Shown: positions 28,254-38,543, numbered from the stretch's first letter. The stretch is DNA of 64,000 nt from Gammaproteobacteria bacterium (GCA_031363085.1 JANLTU010000203.1:5544-69543); one strand, 5' to 3'. Program-made: numbers and translations. Notes: generated by a model from the letters alone, not told the origin.

Positions 28254-29165
28254 ATGTCGTCGCAACACGAAACACAGCAAAAAATAATCAATGCGATGAC
28301 CGTCGACGTGGAAGATTATTTCCAGGTTTCCGCGTTTGAGAACATTATCAAGCGCGACCAGTGGGATACGCTGCCGCGACGCGTGGAGCTCAACACGCAT
28401 CGCGTGCTGGATCTATTCGCGCAAGGCGCAATCAAGGCCACGTTTTTCACCTTGGGTTGGGTGGCGGAACGCCATCCGCAACTGATTCGTCGCATGGTGA
28501 GCGAAGGGCATGAGTTGGCCAGCCACGGCTACTCGCATATCCGCGTGACGCAGCAGCAGCCGGCGCAGTTTCGCGAGGATGTGACCCGCACCAAGAAAAT
28601 GCTGGAAGACCTGAGCGGTGTTGCGGTGCGCGGTTATCGTGCTGCGAGCTATTCAATTGGCGCCGCCAACCTATGGGCGCTGGATGAGTTAAAGGGGGCG
28701 GGTTATGACTACAGCTCCAGCATCTATCCGGTCAAGCACGACTTATACGGCATGCCCGAGTGTTCGCGCTTTGCCTGTTATCCGCGCGGCCGCGACAGTA
28801 TTCTGGAAATTCCGGTCACCACGGTCGAGTTATTCGGCAACAAACTACCGTGCGGCGGCGGCGGCTATTTCCGCTTGTACCCCTACGCCGTATCGCGCTG
28901 GGCATTGCAGCGTGTGAATCATCGCGACCGGCAAGCGGGGCTGTTTTATTTTCATCCATGGGAGATCGACCCCGGCCAGCCGCGCCAAAATAATATTCCG
29001 CTCAAGACGCGCGTTCGCCACTACCTGAATTTGGGTCGGATGGAAGCGCGCCTCAAGGCATTAATGAGAGATTTTTCCTGGGGACGTATGGATCAGATTT
29101 TTTTGACGACGAGCAGCAGCGACAACGGGGCTGCGGAAAACGCCGTGCGTGTTGCACGTGGCTGA
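28254..29165 (+). CDS. Polysaccharide deacetylase (XrtA locus subfamily)
   Basis: ATG 28254 preceded by GGGAG. NAMTVDVEDYFQV motif and HGYSH. About 303 aa. Confidence 0.8.
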   Translation: MSSQHETQQKIINAMTVDVEDYFQVSAFENIIKRDQWDTLPRRVELNTHRVLDLFAQGAIKATFFTLGWVAERHPQLIRRMVSEGHELASHGYSHIRVTQQQPAQFREDVTRTKKMLEDLSGVAVRGYRAASYSIGAANLWALDELKGAGYDYSSSIYPVKHDLYGMPECSRFACYPRGRDSILEIPVTTVELFGNKLPCGGGGYFRLYPYAVSRWALQRVNHRDRQAGLFYFHPWEIDPGQPRQNNIPLKTRVRHYLNLGRMEARLKALMRDFSWGRMDQIFLTTSSSDNGAAENAVRVARG

Positions 29166-30189
29166 GCTTAACATTAAAGAATTTGCGCCGATCGACTTGG
29201 CGCGCTGGGACGCATTTGTCGCCGGCAATGCCGAAGCCACCTTCTTCCATCGCGCCGGCTGGAAAGACGTCATCGAGCGCGCCTTCGGCCATCGCATGTA
29301 TTTGTTCTATGCCGAACGCAATGGACAGATTGAAGGCGTATATCCGCTTGGGCATGTGCACAGCCGGCTGTTCGGCAATGCGCTTATTTCGGTGCCGTTC
29401 TGCGTTTACGGCGGGGCGGCGGCGGCCAACGACGAAGCGCGTGCGGCGCTCGATACCGCCGCGCAGAATCTGGCGGTAAAGCTGGGTGTGGATTATCTGG
29501 AAGTGCGCAGCCTGGTGCCGCGTCACGACGACTGGTTGCGCAAGGATCTCTACGTCACCTTCCGCAAAGCGATTGATCCCGATGTCGAAAAAAATATGAC
29601 CAACATTCCGCGTAAGCAGCGCGCGATGGTGCGTAAAGGGATTGATGCCGGTTTGGTCGGCGAGCTTGATGTCAATATCGAGCGCTTTTACGAAGCCTAT
29701 GCGCGCAGCGTGCATGCCCTGGGCACACCGGTGTTCCCGAAAAATTACTTCAAGATTCTGTATGAAGTGTTTAACAAAGACGCAGATATTTTAACCGTAA
29801 CCAAAGACGGCCACTTGATCGCAAGCGTCATGAATTTCTATCACCGCGACGAAGTGTTGCCGTACTACGGTGGTGGCACCAGCGCAGCGCGCGAAGTCAA
29901 AGGCAACGATTTCATGTACTGGGAGCTGCTGCGCCGCAGTTGCGAGCGCGGCTTGAAAGTCTTTGACTATGGCCGCAGCAAGCAGGGTACCGGTTCCTAT
30001 AGTTTTAAAAAGAACTGGGGCTTCGAGCCGCAACCTTTGTACTACGAATATTTTCTTGTCAAGGCCAAGGCGCTGCCGAATGTCAGCCCGACCAACCCCA
30101 AGTATGAAATGTTCATCAAACTATGGAAGAAGCTGCCGTTTTCCATCAGCAAAATCATCGGTCCGTTTATCGCTAAAAACTTGGGTTAA
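29149..30189 (+). CDS. FemAB-family (peptidyl/aminoacyl transferase-like) protein, PEP-CTERM system-associated
   Basis: 346 aa. Its position between the deacetylase and the glycosyltransferase matches canonical XrtA loci, and GNAT-like FemAB fold signatures are present. Start overlaps the upstream gene. Confidence 0.7.
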   Translation: MLHVAELNIKEFAPIDLARWDAFVAGNAEATFFHRAGWKDVIERAFGHRMYLFYAERNGQIEGVYPLGHVHSRLFGNALISVPFCVYGGAAAANDEARAALDTAAQNLAVKLGVDYLEVRSLVPRHDDWLRKDLYVTFRKAIDPDVEKNMTNIPRKQRAMVRKGIDAGLVGELDVNIERFYEAYARSVHALGTPVFPKNYFKILYEVFNKDADILTVTKDGHLIASVMNFYHRDEVLPYYGGGTSAAREVKGNDFMYWELLRRSCERGLKVFDYGRSKQGTGSYSFKKNWGFEPQPLYYEYFLVKAKALPNVSPTNPKYEMFIKLWKKLPFSISKIIGPFIAKNLG

Positions 30190-30191
30190 GA

Positions 30192-31397
30192 TTGAACGTG
30201 CACGACCTCCTCTTGCTGGTCCATCGCATTCCTTATCCGCCGAATAAAGGCGACAAAATTCGTTCCTATCACTTGCTCAAACATCTGGCGTCGCAGTACC
30301 GAGTGCATCTGGGTACGTTTATCGATGATGTCGATGATGGGCGCCATATCGATGCAGTGAAAGCGCTGTGTGTCGATACCTGTTTTGTGAAGTTGCATCC
30401 AACGCGCGCGCGGCTGCTTAGTTTGCGCGGCTTGCTCACCGCTGAGCCGCTGACCTTGACATATTATCGCAGTGACATGTTGCAGCGCTGGGTGCGCACA
30501 GCCATGGCGGCGCATTCAATTCAACGGGTGGTCGCATTTTCATCCCCGATGGCGCAATTTGCCGATGACTTCACCAACGTGCGCCGCGTGATGGATTTTG
30601 TCGATGTCGATTCAGACAAGTGGGCGCAATTCGCCAAGTCCAAAGCGTGGCCGTTAAGCTGGGTGTATCAGCGTGAAAGTGAAACGCTGTTGAATTATGA
30701 GCGGCATGTGGCGGCGCGTTGGGACGCGAGCGTGTTGGTGTCAAACGATGAAGCTGAGCTGTTCCGGCGTCTGGCGCCGCAGTCGGCCACCCGGGTGAGC
30801 GGCATCTCCAACGGCGTGGACAGCGATTATTTTTCGCCGCAACACCGCTATGAAAATCCCTATGCTAGTGGCGGCCCGGTGTTGGTATTTACCGGGGCGA
30901 TGGATTATTGGGCCAACGTCGATGCCGTGGCTTGGTTCACACACGCAGTCTTTCCGCTGGTCCGCGCGCAAATCAAGGACGCACGTTTTTACATTGTTGG
31001 TTCGCGGCCGTCGGTCGCAGTGCAGGCGCTGGCTCAGTGCGAGGGCGTGACCGTCACCGGCGCGGTGCCGGATGTGCGCCCGTACCTGCATTACGCACTT
31101 GCTGCGGTCGCACCACTGCGTATTGCACGCGGCATTCAGAACAAAGTGCTGGAAGCGCTGAGCATGGCGCGTCCGGTGATTGCCACCAGCGCTGCCGCCG
31201 AAGGTCTGAAAGCGCGTCCGGAGAACACCCTATGGGTGGCGGATGAAGCACAACACTACGCCCAGCGCTGCGTCGCCATGCTGCGCGGCGAGCTTGCAGC
31301 GCAGGCGGGGGAGTCCGGCCGGCGCTGCGTGGTCGAGCATTATTCCTGGGCAGGTAACCTCGCGCGTTTTTCGGAATTATTAGAGCCTGCCCGGTGA
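30192..31397 (+). CDS. Glycosyltransferase, PEP-CTERM/XrtA system-associated (GT4-like)
   Basis: LLLVHRIPYPPNKGDKIRSYH N-terminus is typical of the XrtA-linked sugar transferase. C-terminal GT-B E-x7-E region (IQNKVLEALSMARPVIAT). Confidence 0.8.
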   Translation: MNVHDLLLLVHRIPYPPNKGDKIRSYHLLKHLASQYRVHLGTFIDDVDDGRHIDAVKALCVDTCFVKLHPTRARLLSLRGLLTAEPLTLTYYRSDMLQRWVRTAMAAHSIQRVVAFSSPMAQFADDFTNVRRVMDFVDVDSDKWAQFAKSKAWPLSWVYQRESETLLNYERHVAARWDASVLVSNDEAELFRRLAPQSATRVSGISNGVDSDYFSPQHRYENPYASGGPVLVFTGAMDYWANVDAVAWFTHAVFPLVRAQIKDARFYIVGSRPSVAVQALAQCEGVTVTGAVPDVRPYLHYALAAVAPLRIARGIQNKVLEALSMARPVIATSAAAEGLKARPENTLWVADEAQHYAQRCVAMLRGELAAQAGESGRRCVVEHYSWAGNLARFSELLEPAR

Positions 31398-32923
31398 GCG
31401 CGTCTGTCCCGCATCCCGCTGCGCCTGCGCTACTTACAGCGCGTTGGCGTGTCGCGTGGCTGACGGTGGTGGTGGCATGGGCGGTGGTCGTGGCCGCCTA
31501 TTGGAATACGCTTTCGGCCATCGTTTTGATCTGGTTGCACTCGGCAAGTTTTACGCACGGATTTTTAATCGTGCCGGTGGTCGTGTATCTGGTGTGGCAG
31601 CAGCGCGCCGAGCTCCAGATGTTGACTCCAGAGCCTGCGCCGGTGGCCCTGTTATTGTTAGCCGCGTTGGTATTGTTGTGGAATGTGGCGAGCCTGCTGG
31701 TCGTAAACGCCGCGCAACACTTCGCCGTAGTAATGATGATACCCGCCACCTTATGGCTGCTGTTGGGCAGCGCCGTGCTGCGGCGCTTGATGTTCCCGAT
31801 GGCGTACCTGTTGTTCGCCGTGCCCTTCGGCGAATTTCTGGTGCCGTCCCTGCAAGATGTTACCGCCGCCATCACCGTCAAGGCTTTGCAACTCACCGGC
31901 ATTCCGGTGTTGTGGGAGGGGCGCTTTTTTTATATTCCATCCGGAAACTTCGAAGTGGCGGAAGCCTGCAGTGGCGTGCGTTATCTGATCGCGTCGTTGG
32001 CCTTGGGTACGCTGTACGCCTATGTGAGCTATCACGCGCTGTGGCGGCGCGCGGTGTTTATCCTGCTTGCAGCAGCGGTGCCGGTGCTTGCCAATGGCGC
32101 GCGCGCTTATGGCATCGTGATGCTGGCGCACCTCAGCGATTACCAGCTCGCGCTGGGTGTGGATCATTTTATTTATGGCTGGGTATTTTTCGGCGCGGTG
32201 ATGCTGCTGCTATTTTGGTTGGGGAATCACTTTCGCGACGCACCGAGAGCGCCGGTCGTGGAGCAAGCGCAAACATCTGCCGCCGCATTCGCCGCGCCAC
32301 GCAGCGGATGGGGTTGGCGCGCGCTGGCCTTGGTGATCGTGCTGAGTGGTCCGCTGTTGAACTTCGCGTTACAGCGTGAAGCGAGTGTGCTTCCGGCCTT
32401 CGAGTTACGTTTGCCGCCGGGCAGCGGGGAATGGAGCGGGCCGCAGGCGAGCGTCGATCCATGGATGCCAAAATTCATCGGTGCCGTCCAGCAACGCGCC
32501 GAGTATCGCCGTGCTCAACACGCGGTGCAGGTTTACGTGGCGTATTACGCGCAACAACACGCCGGTGCCGAATTGATCAACCCGCAGAATGCCTTGTTTG
32601 ATATGGGCAGCGAACGTCGCGTCAGCGAAGAAGTCGAGACCCTCGCCCTTGCAGATGGGATGGCGTGGACAGTGCGCGCATTGCGCATTCACGCCGCACA
32701 GCGCGAGCGCTTGATCTGGAGTTGGTATGTCGTGGCCGGGCAAGCGACCGCGAATCCGCTGCTTGCGAAACTGTATGAGATGCGTACACGTGTGTTGCGC
32801 AGCAGCGGCGGGGCGGCGCTGTTTGCGTTGGCCACCGAGGACGACCCAGGCGCAGCGGCGCGCTTGCAAGATTTTCTTGACGCCCTGCGGCGACCGTTGC
32901 ACGCAAGCGTGGGCGGCGAGTGA
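31394..32923 (+). CDS. xrtA: Exosortase A (XrtA/EpsH) fused to an EpsI-family domain
   Basis: Eight or more TM helices. FEVAEACSGVRYL (catalytic Cys), ANGARAY (Arg) and VDHFIYGW (His). C-terminal ~190 aa soluble domain with VQVYVAYYAQQHAGAELINPQN resembles EpsI. Confidence 0.88.
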   Translation: MSASVPHPAAPALLTARWRVAWLTVVVAWAVVVAAYWNTLSAIVLIWLHSASFTHGFLIVPVVVYLVWQQRAELQMLTPEPAPVALLLLAALVLLWNVASLLVVNAAQHFAVVMMIPATLWLLLGSAVLRRLMFPMAYLLFAVPFGEFLVPSLQDVTAAITVKALQLTGIPVLWEGRFFYIPSGNFEVAEACSGVRYLIASLALGTLYAYVSYHALWRRAVFILLAAAVPVLANGARAYGIVMLAHLSDYQLALGVDHFIYGWVFFGAVMLLLFWLGNHFRDAPRAPVVEQAQTSAAAFAAPRSGWGWRALALVIVLSGPLLNFALQREASVLPAFELRLPPGSGEWSGPQASVDPWMPKFIGAVQQRAEYRRAQHAVQVYVAYYAQQHAGAELINPQNALFDMGSERRVSEEVETLALADGMAWTVRALRIHAAQRERLIWSWYVVAGQATANPLLAKLYEMRTRVLRSSGGAALFALATEDDPGAAARLQDFLDALRRPLHASVGGE

Positions 32924-34059
32924 TGGCGGCGCCTCTGGTGGTGCACATCATTCATCGTCTGGCCATCGGCGGCCTGGAAAACGGCTTGGTGAATTTGATC
33001 AATCACATGCCACAGGAGCGTTATCGTCACGCCATCGTGTGCATGACGCAGTCCACTGATTTTCGGCTGCGGATCAAAAATAGCAGCGTTGCGGTGTACG
33101 AGTTGCACAAGCAACCGGGTCATGACATCGGCCTGTATTTACGCTTGTGGCGCCTGTTACGAAGCTTGCGTCCGGCACTGGTGCACACGCGCAACATCGG
33201 CACCCTCGAATGCCAATTCATCGCACTGCTGGCCGGCGTATCTGCGCGCGTGCATGGCGAGCACGGTCGTGACATGGCCGATATCGATGGCCGTAATGCG
33301 ACCTATCTGCGGCTGCGTAAGTTTTTTCGCCCATGGATTACGCGCTTCATCGCCGTGTCGCGCGATCTTGCGCTCTGGTTGCAGACTCAGGTGCGGGTGC
33401 CGGCGGCGCGCGTGGTGCAAATTTACAACGGTGTTGACGACAAAAAATTTCATCCGCGCGTTGCGGCGGCACGCGCAGTGCTGCCTGTGGATTTTGCGCC
33501 GCTGGGTGCGCTGGTCGTGGGCACCGTCGGGCGTCTGTCGGGTGAGAAGGATCAACTCACCTTGCTGCGCGCCTTCGCACGCGCGCGCGCGCTGTGTCCA
33601 CAGACGCCGCTACGCTTGGTGTTGGTCGGCGATGGCCCGCTCAAAGCCGACATCGAGCGCGAAATTCTTGCCACGCAACTGCACGCCGAGGTGTGGATGC
33701 CGGGTGCGCGCAGTGACATTGCAGAAATATTGCGTGCGCTCGATATCTTCGTGCTGCCGTCACTGGGCGAAGGTATTTCCAATACCATTCTGGAGGCGAT
33801 GGCGAGTGGCTTGCCGGTGATCGCCACGCGTGTCGGTGGGAATCCCGAACTGGTGCTGGACAATGAAACCGGCAAATTGGTGCCGGCAGCCGATCCGGAC
33901 GCGATGGCGCAGGCCATCGCGAACTACGCGCTGCAACCGGAGCTGCTGCGGCAACACGCGCAGGCGGGGCGCGCGCGCATCGAACATGAATACAGCATGG
34001 ACGCCATGGTGAGGCACTATCTGGCGGTGTATGATGCCGCGCTCAAGCGCCATCCTTGA
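32920..34059 (+). CDS. Glycosyltransferase, PEP-CTERM/XrtA system-associated (second type, GT4)
   Basis: VVHIIHRLAIGGLENGLVNLINHM N-terminus and GEGISNTILEAMASGLPVIATRVGGNPE. Confidence 0.8.
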   Translation: MMAAPLVVHIIHRLAIGGLENGLVNLINHMPQERYRHAIVCMTQSTDFRLRIKNSSVAVYELHKQPGHDIGLYLRLWRLLRSLRPALVHTRNIGTLECQFIALLAGVSARVHGEHGRDMADIDGRNATYLRLRKFFRPWITRFIAVSRDLALWLQTQVRVPAARVVQIYNGVDDKKFHPRVAAARAVLPVDFAPLGALVVGTVGRLSGEKDQLTLLRAFARARALCPQTPLRLVLVGDGPLKADIEREILATQLHAEVWMPGARSDIAEILRALDIFVLPSLGEGISNTILEAMASGLPVIATRVGGNPELVLDNETGKLVPAADPDAMAQAIANYALQPELLRQHAQAGRARIEHEYSMDAMVRHYLAVYDAALKRHP

Positions 34060-34098
34060 AGCGGTAAATTCATCGCGTAAAAACTGAGAACTAACATC

Positions 34099-36012
34099 AT
34101 GTGCGGAATCGTCGGCATCTTTGATTTGCGCGGTCAGCGTGAAATAAACGCGGATTTACTGCATCGCATGAATGAAACGCAATTTCATCGTGGGCCGGAT
34201 GAAGGCGGTTTGCATCGCGAAGCGGGGGTGGGTTTCGGGCATCGGCGCTTGTCCATCATCGATTTGTCCACTGGTCAGCAACCGCTGTTCAACGAAGACG
34301 GCTCGGTGGTCGTGGTATTCAACGGCGAGATTTATAATTTTCAAGACCTGGTGCCACTGCTCAAGGCGCGTGGCCACGTGTTCCGCACCCATTCCGACAC
34401 CGAAGTGATTGTGCACGGCTGGGAAGAGTGGGGCGAAGACTGCGTGAAACACTTTCGCGGCATGTTTGCGTTTGCCATTTGGGATCGCAACAAAAAAACA
34501 TTGTTCATTGCACGTGATCGCCTTGGCATCAAACCGCTGTTCTACGCCGAGTTGCCCAACGGCTTGCTGGTGTTTTCATCCGAATTAAAAGCGCTTTACC
34601 TGCATCCTGAACTGGCGCGCGATTTTGATCACCAAGCCATCGAAGAATATTTTGCGTTTGGCTATGTGCCGGAGCCGCGCACGATTTTGCGCGGCGCAAA
34701 AAAATTGCCGCCGGGTCACACGCTCACGCTACAAGCGGGCAAGCCGGTGCCCGCCAGCAAGGAATACTGGGATGTATCGTTCGGTCCCGCGATTACCGCG
34801 AGCGAAGCCGAGCTCGCACCGCAGGTGGTCGAGCATTTACGCGAGGCGGTGCAATCGCATCTATTGGCCGAAGTGCCGCTGGGTGCGTTTCTGTCGGGCG
34901 GGGTGGACTCCAGCGCGGTGGTTGCGATGATGGCGCAGATCTCGCCCGGCCAGCCTGTCAATACCTGCTGCATTGCGTTTGGCGAGCGCAAATACAACGA
35001 AACCGAATTCGCCGCGTTGGTGGCGGAGCGTTACAAAACTAAACACCACGTTGAACAGGTCAGCCCCGACGATTACGAGCTGATCGACAAGCTAGCCGAA
35101 CTGTACGACGAGCCCTACGCCGACAGTTCCGCCATCCCCACCTACCGGGTGTGTGAGCTGGCCCGCAAGCGCGTGACCGTGGCGCTGTCGGGCGACGGCG
35201 GCGATGAGAACTTCGCCGGTTATCGGCGGCATTGCTGGCATATGAACGAAGAGGCGATCCGTAACTTTTTGCCGTTAGCGATACGTCGTCCGCTGTTCGG
35301 GTTTCTGGCCGCGATTTATCCGAAGCTGGATTGGGCGCCGAAATTCCTGCGCGCCAAGTCCACGTTGCAGTCGCTGTCGCGCGACAGCCTCGAAGCCTAT
35401 TTGCACACCGTGTCGGTGCTGAACGACACGCAGCGTCGCAAGCTGTTTTCGCCGGAATTTACCCGCACGCTCGACGGTTACAGCGCGGTCGAAGTGTTCC
35501 GCCGCTACGCCGTGAAAGCGCCGACCAAAGACCCGCTGTCGCTGATTCAATATCTGGATCTCAAAACCTACTTGCCCGGCGATATCCTGACCAAGGTGGA
35601 TCGCGCCAGTATGGCGCACGCACTGGAGGTTCGGGTGCCACTGCTTGACCATGAATTTGTCGAGTGGGCGTGCCGCTTGCCGCCGCAATTAAAGCTGCAC
35701 GGGCAGGAAGGCAAATACATCTTCAAGCGTGCGTTGGAACCGCATTTGCCGGACGAAGTACTGTATCGCCCGAAGATGGGTTTTGCCGTGCCGCTGGCCA
35801 ACTGGTTTCGCGGTCCGCTTAAACAACGTGTGCGTGATGCCTTGTTGGGTCCGGCGCTGCGCAATACCGGTTTTTTCAATATGCAATACATCGAGCGGCT
35901 GGTGAATGAGCACCAGTCGGGTATGGGCGAACACAGCGCCGCGTTATGGACCTTACTGATGTTTGAAGCCTTCATGCGCCGAGTGGTACATCCCGGCGCG
36001 CGCGCGCCGTGA
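34099..36012 (+). CDS. Asparagine synthase-family amidotransferase, XrtA system-associated
   Basis: MCGIVGIF (Ntn Cys2) and SGGVDSS (PP-loop). 637 aa. Confidence 0.88.
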   Translation: MCGIVGIFDLRGQREINADLLHRMNETQFHRGPDEGGLHREAGVGFGHRRLSIIDLSTGQQPLFNEDGSVVVVFNGEIYNFQDLVPLLKARGHVFRTHSDTEVIVHGWEEWGEDCVKHFRGMFAFAIWDRNKKTLFIARDRLGIKPLFYAELPNGLLVFSSELKALYLHPELARDFDHQAIEEYFAFGYVPEPRTILRGAKKLPPGHTLTLQAGKPVPASKEYWDVSFGPAITASEAELAPQVVEHLREAVQSHLLAEVPLGAFLSGGVDSSAVVAMMAQISPGQPVNTCCIAFGERKYNETEFAALVAERYKTKHHVEQVSPDDYELIDKLAELYDEPYADSSAIPTYRVCELARKRVTVALSGDGGDENFAGYRRHCWHMNEEAIRNFLPLAIRRPLFGFLAAIYPKLDWAPKFLRAKSTLQSLSRDSLEAYLHTVSVLNDTQRRKLFSPEFTRTLDGYSAVEVFRRYAVKAPTKDPLSLIQYLDLKTYLPGDILTKVDRASMAHALEVRVPLLDHEFVEWACRLPPQLKLHGQEGKYIFKRALEPHLPDEVLYRPKMGFAVPLANWFRGPLKQRVRDALLGPALRNTGFFNMQYIERLVNEHQSGMGEHSAALWTLLMFEAFMRRVVHPGARAP

Positions 36013-37184
36013 ATATCCTGACCTTCAGTAGCTTGTATCCGGATTCGACACGGCCGGGTCATGGCATATTTGTCGAGAATCGGCTACGGCATCTGATCGC
36101 CGACGGGGAAGTGCAGGCGCGCGTGGTGGCACCAGTGCCGTGGTTTCCGTCGACGCACGCAGGCTTCGGCAGTTATGCCGAGTACGCGCGCGTGCCGAAA
36201 GCAGAAGTCTGGAACGGTGTGCGTGTGGAACATCCGCGTTATGTGCTACTGCCGAAATTCGGCATGAACATGGCGCCGCTATTGATGGCCTACGCGGTAA
36301 AAAACACCCTGCGCCGAATTTTACAGTCCGGCGATCACTTCGATTTGATCGACGCGCATTACTTCTATCCCGACGGTGTCGCGGCGGCCATGCTCGGGCG
36401 CGAACTGCACAAGCCCGTGGTGATCACCGCGCGTGGCACCGATTTGAATCTGATTCCGGAATATTATTGGCCACGGCGCATGATCCAGTGGGCGGCAGCA
36501 AACAGCGCCGCGATGATCACCGTGTGTCAGGCGCTCAAAGATGTGTTGATCGGTATGGGCGTGGCCGACGCGCGCGTGACCGTGCTGCGCAATGGGGTTG
36601 ATCTCGACAAATATCACCCACCGGTGGAGCGTGACGTGCTGCGTGCAAAATTAGGTGTGCAGGGCACGACCTTGCTCTCGGTCGGTTATTTGATACCGCG
36701 CAAAGGTCACGACCTGGTTATCGAGGCGCTTAAAAATCTGCCGGATACAAGCTTGTTGATCGCCGGTGCCGGCCCGGAACGCGAGCGCTTGGGCGAGTTG
36801 GCGCAAGAGCGCGGTGTGGCGGAGCGCGTAAAATTTTTAGGTCGTCTGGACACGCCGCAACTGGTCGATTATTACGGCGCGGCCGATGCCTTGGTGCTGG
36901 CTTCCAGCCGCGAAGGCTGGGCGAACGTGCTGCTCGAAGCGATGGCCTGCGGCACGCCGGTGGTGGCGACCCGCATTTGGGGCACGCCCGAAGTCGTTAG
37001 CGAAGCCTGCGCAGGACAACTGGTCGATGCGCGTACTCCAACGGCCCTTGCCGAGGGCATACACAGGGTGTTGACACACATGCCTGACCGGCGCGATACG
37101 CGTCGTTACGCCGAGCACTTCAGTTGGGACGCCACGACCGCCGGACAAAAAGCGTTGTTCACCCGGGTGCTTGCCAACCATTGA
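36009..37184 (+). CDS. Glycosyltransferase family 4
   Basis: GT-B C-terminal motif SREGWANVLLEAMACGTPVVATRIWGTPE. Overlaps the upstream stop. Confidence 0.8.
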   Translation: MNILTFSSLYPDSTRPGHGIFVENRLRHLIADGEVQARVVAPVPWFPSTHAGFGSYAEYARVPKAEVWNGVRVEHPRYVLLPKFGMNMAPLLMAYAVKNTLRRILQSGDHFDLIDAHYFYPDGVAAAMLGRELHKPVVITARGTDLNLIPEYYWPRRMIQWAAANSAAMITVCQALKDVLIGMGVADARVTVLRNGVDLDKYHPPVERDVLRAKLGVQGTTLLSVGYLIPRKGHDLVIEALKNLPDTSLLIAGAGPERERLGELAQERGVAERVKFLGRLDTPQLVDYYGAADALVLASSREGWANVLLEAMACGTPVVATRIWGTPEVVSEACAGQLVDARTPTALAEGIHRVLTHMPDRRDTRRYAEHFSWDATTAGQKALFTRVLANH

Positions 37185-37193
37185 GGTGGATTT

Positions 37194-38399
37194 TTGCGCA
37201 TACTTTATCTCCATCGAACGCAGGGACACGGAGTCGAAGCGGTGCACATTTGGGGCATTGCCACGGGGCTGAAAAACCTGGGGCACGACGTGACGGTAGT
37301 TTCGCCCGCCGGTGCGCATACCGCACAACCGCTTCGAGCGGAATCTCAGGCGGCCGGATCAAGGCGCCCACTGTTTGCATTTATTTCGCAACACATACCG
37401 GAAATCGCCTTCGAACTGGCGGAAATTGCCTATAACTTTTTTGCCTGGCGCGGGCTGAAGAAAAGCGCGGCTGATCAACCGGTCGATTTTTTATACGAGC
37501 GCTACGCCATCTTTGCGGTGGCCGGCGCTTTATTCGCGCGTCGCCGCCGAATACCGCTGCTGCTTGAAGTGAACTACACCTCAATGAGCCCGTTGGTGCG
37601 TAAGCGCAGCCGCCTGCTGCTACCGCTGGCGCGACGTGTCGACGCCTGGCTGTTTCGCCGCGCCAGCGCCATTGTCGTCGTATCAAGCCGCTTGCGGGAC
37701 CAGCTCGTGACAGATTATGGCGTGCCACAAGATAAAATTCTGGTGATGCCGAACGCGGCCGACCCGCAGACTTTTCATCCCGCGATTACGCCGGTAACAA
37801 GCATCGGTGGTGTAGCGCTCGCACAGAAAAAAATCGTCGGGTTTGTCGGTAGTTTCACGCCGTGGCACGGCTTACCTCTGTTTTTGGAGGCGTTTAAAAT
37901 TGTTGCCAACAATCATCCGGACGCGCTCGCGGTTTTGGTCGGCGACGGCCCGCAACGAAGCGAGATCGAGCGCAAAGCAGCCGACTATGGCTTGGCGAAG
38001 CGGGTGCTCTTCACGGGCGCCATCGGGCACGCGCAATTAATGCATTACGTCGCCGCGTTCTCGCTCGGTGTCATGCCGGACTCAAACGACTATGGCTCGC
38101 CGATGAAAATATTCGAATACATGGCGCTCGGAAAACCCGTCGTCGTTCCAGACTATGGGCCGCTACTTGATGCCGTTACCGAGGGCAAGGAAGGAAAAAT
38201 ATTTCGCCGTAAAGACGCCCACGCCCTGGCCAAGTGCATCGACGAATATTTCGCCGATCCGGCGGCATTAGCGCTTGCCGGCAGAAACGCACGCACAAGT
38301 GTCGAGACACGCTATAACTGGCAAGCCAATGCCGAACGCTCGTTGACGTTCGCGCTGTCGAAGGACTCGGCGCCGAATCGAAACTCGTTCGGTAAATAA
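37194..38399 (+). CDS. Glycosyltransferase family 4
   Basis: TTG start per the ORF track. PMKIFEYMALGKPVVVPDYGPL motif. Last gene of the eps block. Confidence 0.75.
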   Translation: MRILYLHRTQGHGVEAVHIWGIATGLKNLGHDVTVVSPAGAHTAQPLRAESQAAGSRRPLFAFISQHIPEIAFELAEIAYNFFAWRGLKKSAADQPVDFLYERYAIFAVAGALFARRRRIPLLLEVNYTSMSPLVRKRSRLLLPLARRVDAWLFRRASAIVVVSSRLRDQLVTDYGVPQDKILVMPNAADPQTFHPAITPVTSIGGVALAQKKIVGFVGSFTPWHGLPLFLEAFKIVANNHPDALAVLVGDGPQRSEIERKAADYGLAKRVLFTGAIGHAQLMHYVAAFSLGVMPDSNDYGSPMKIFEYMALGKPVVVPDYGPLLDAVTEGKEGKIFRRKDAHALAKCIDEYFADPAALALAGRNARTSVETRYNWQANAERSLTFALSKDSAPNRNSFGK

Positions 38400-38404
38400 A
38401 GGTA

Positions 38405-38449
38405 TGGTGGGCGATGCAGGGATTGAACCTGCGACCCCTGCCGTGTGAA
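38405..38449. repeat. attL: 45-bp copy of the tRNA-Val 3' portion (anticodon loop to CCA)
   Basis: TGGTGGGCGATGCAGGGATTGAACCTGCGACCCCTGCCGTGTGAA is identical to 46379-46423. Identity ends on both sides. Confidence 0.9.
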
Positions 38450-38543
38450 AGAGAAAAGCCCCGCACCACCACTAGCTAAGTTATTGATCGTATTGAACAG
38501 TAGACCGCATTTGTTCTAGTTTGTCCGCGTTTGTGTTACATTG

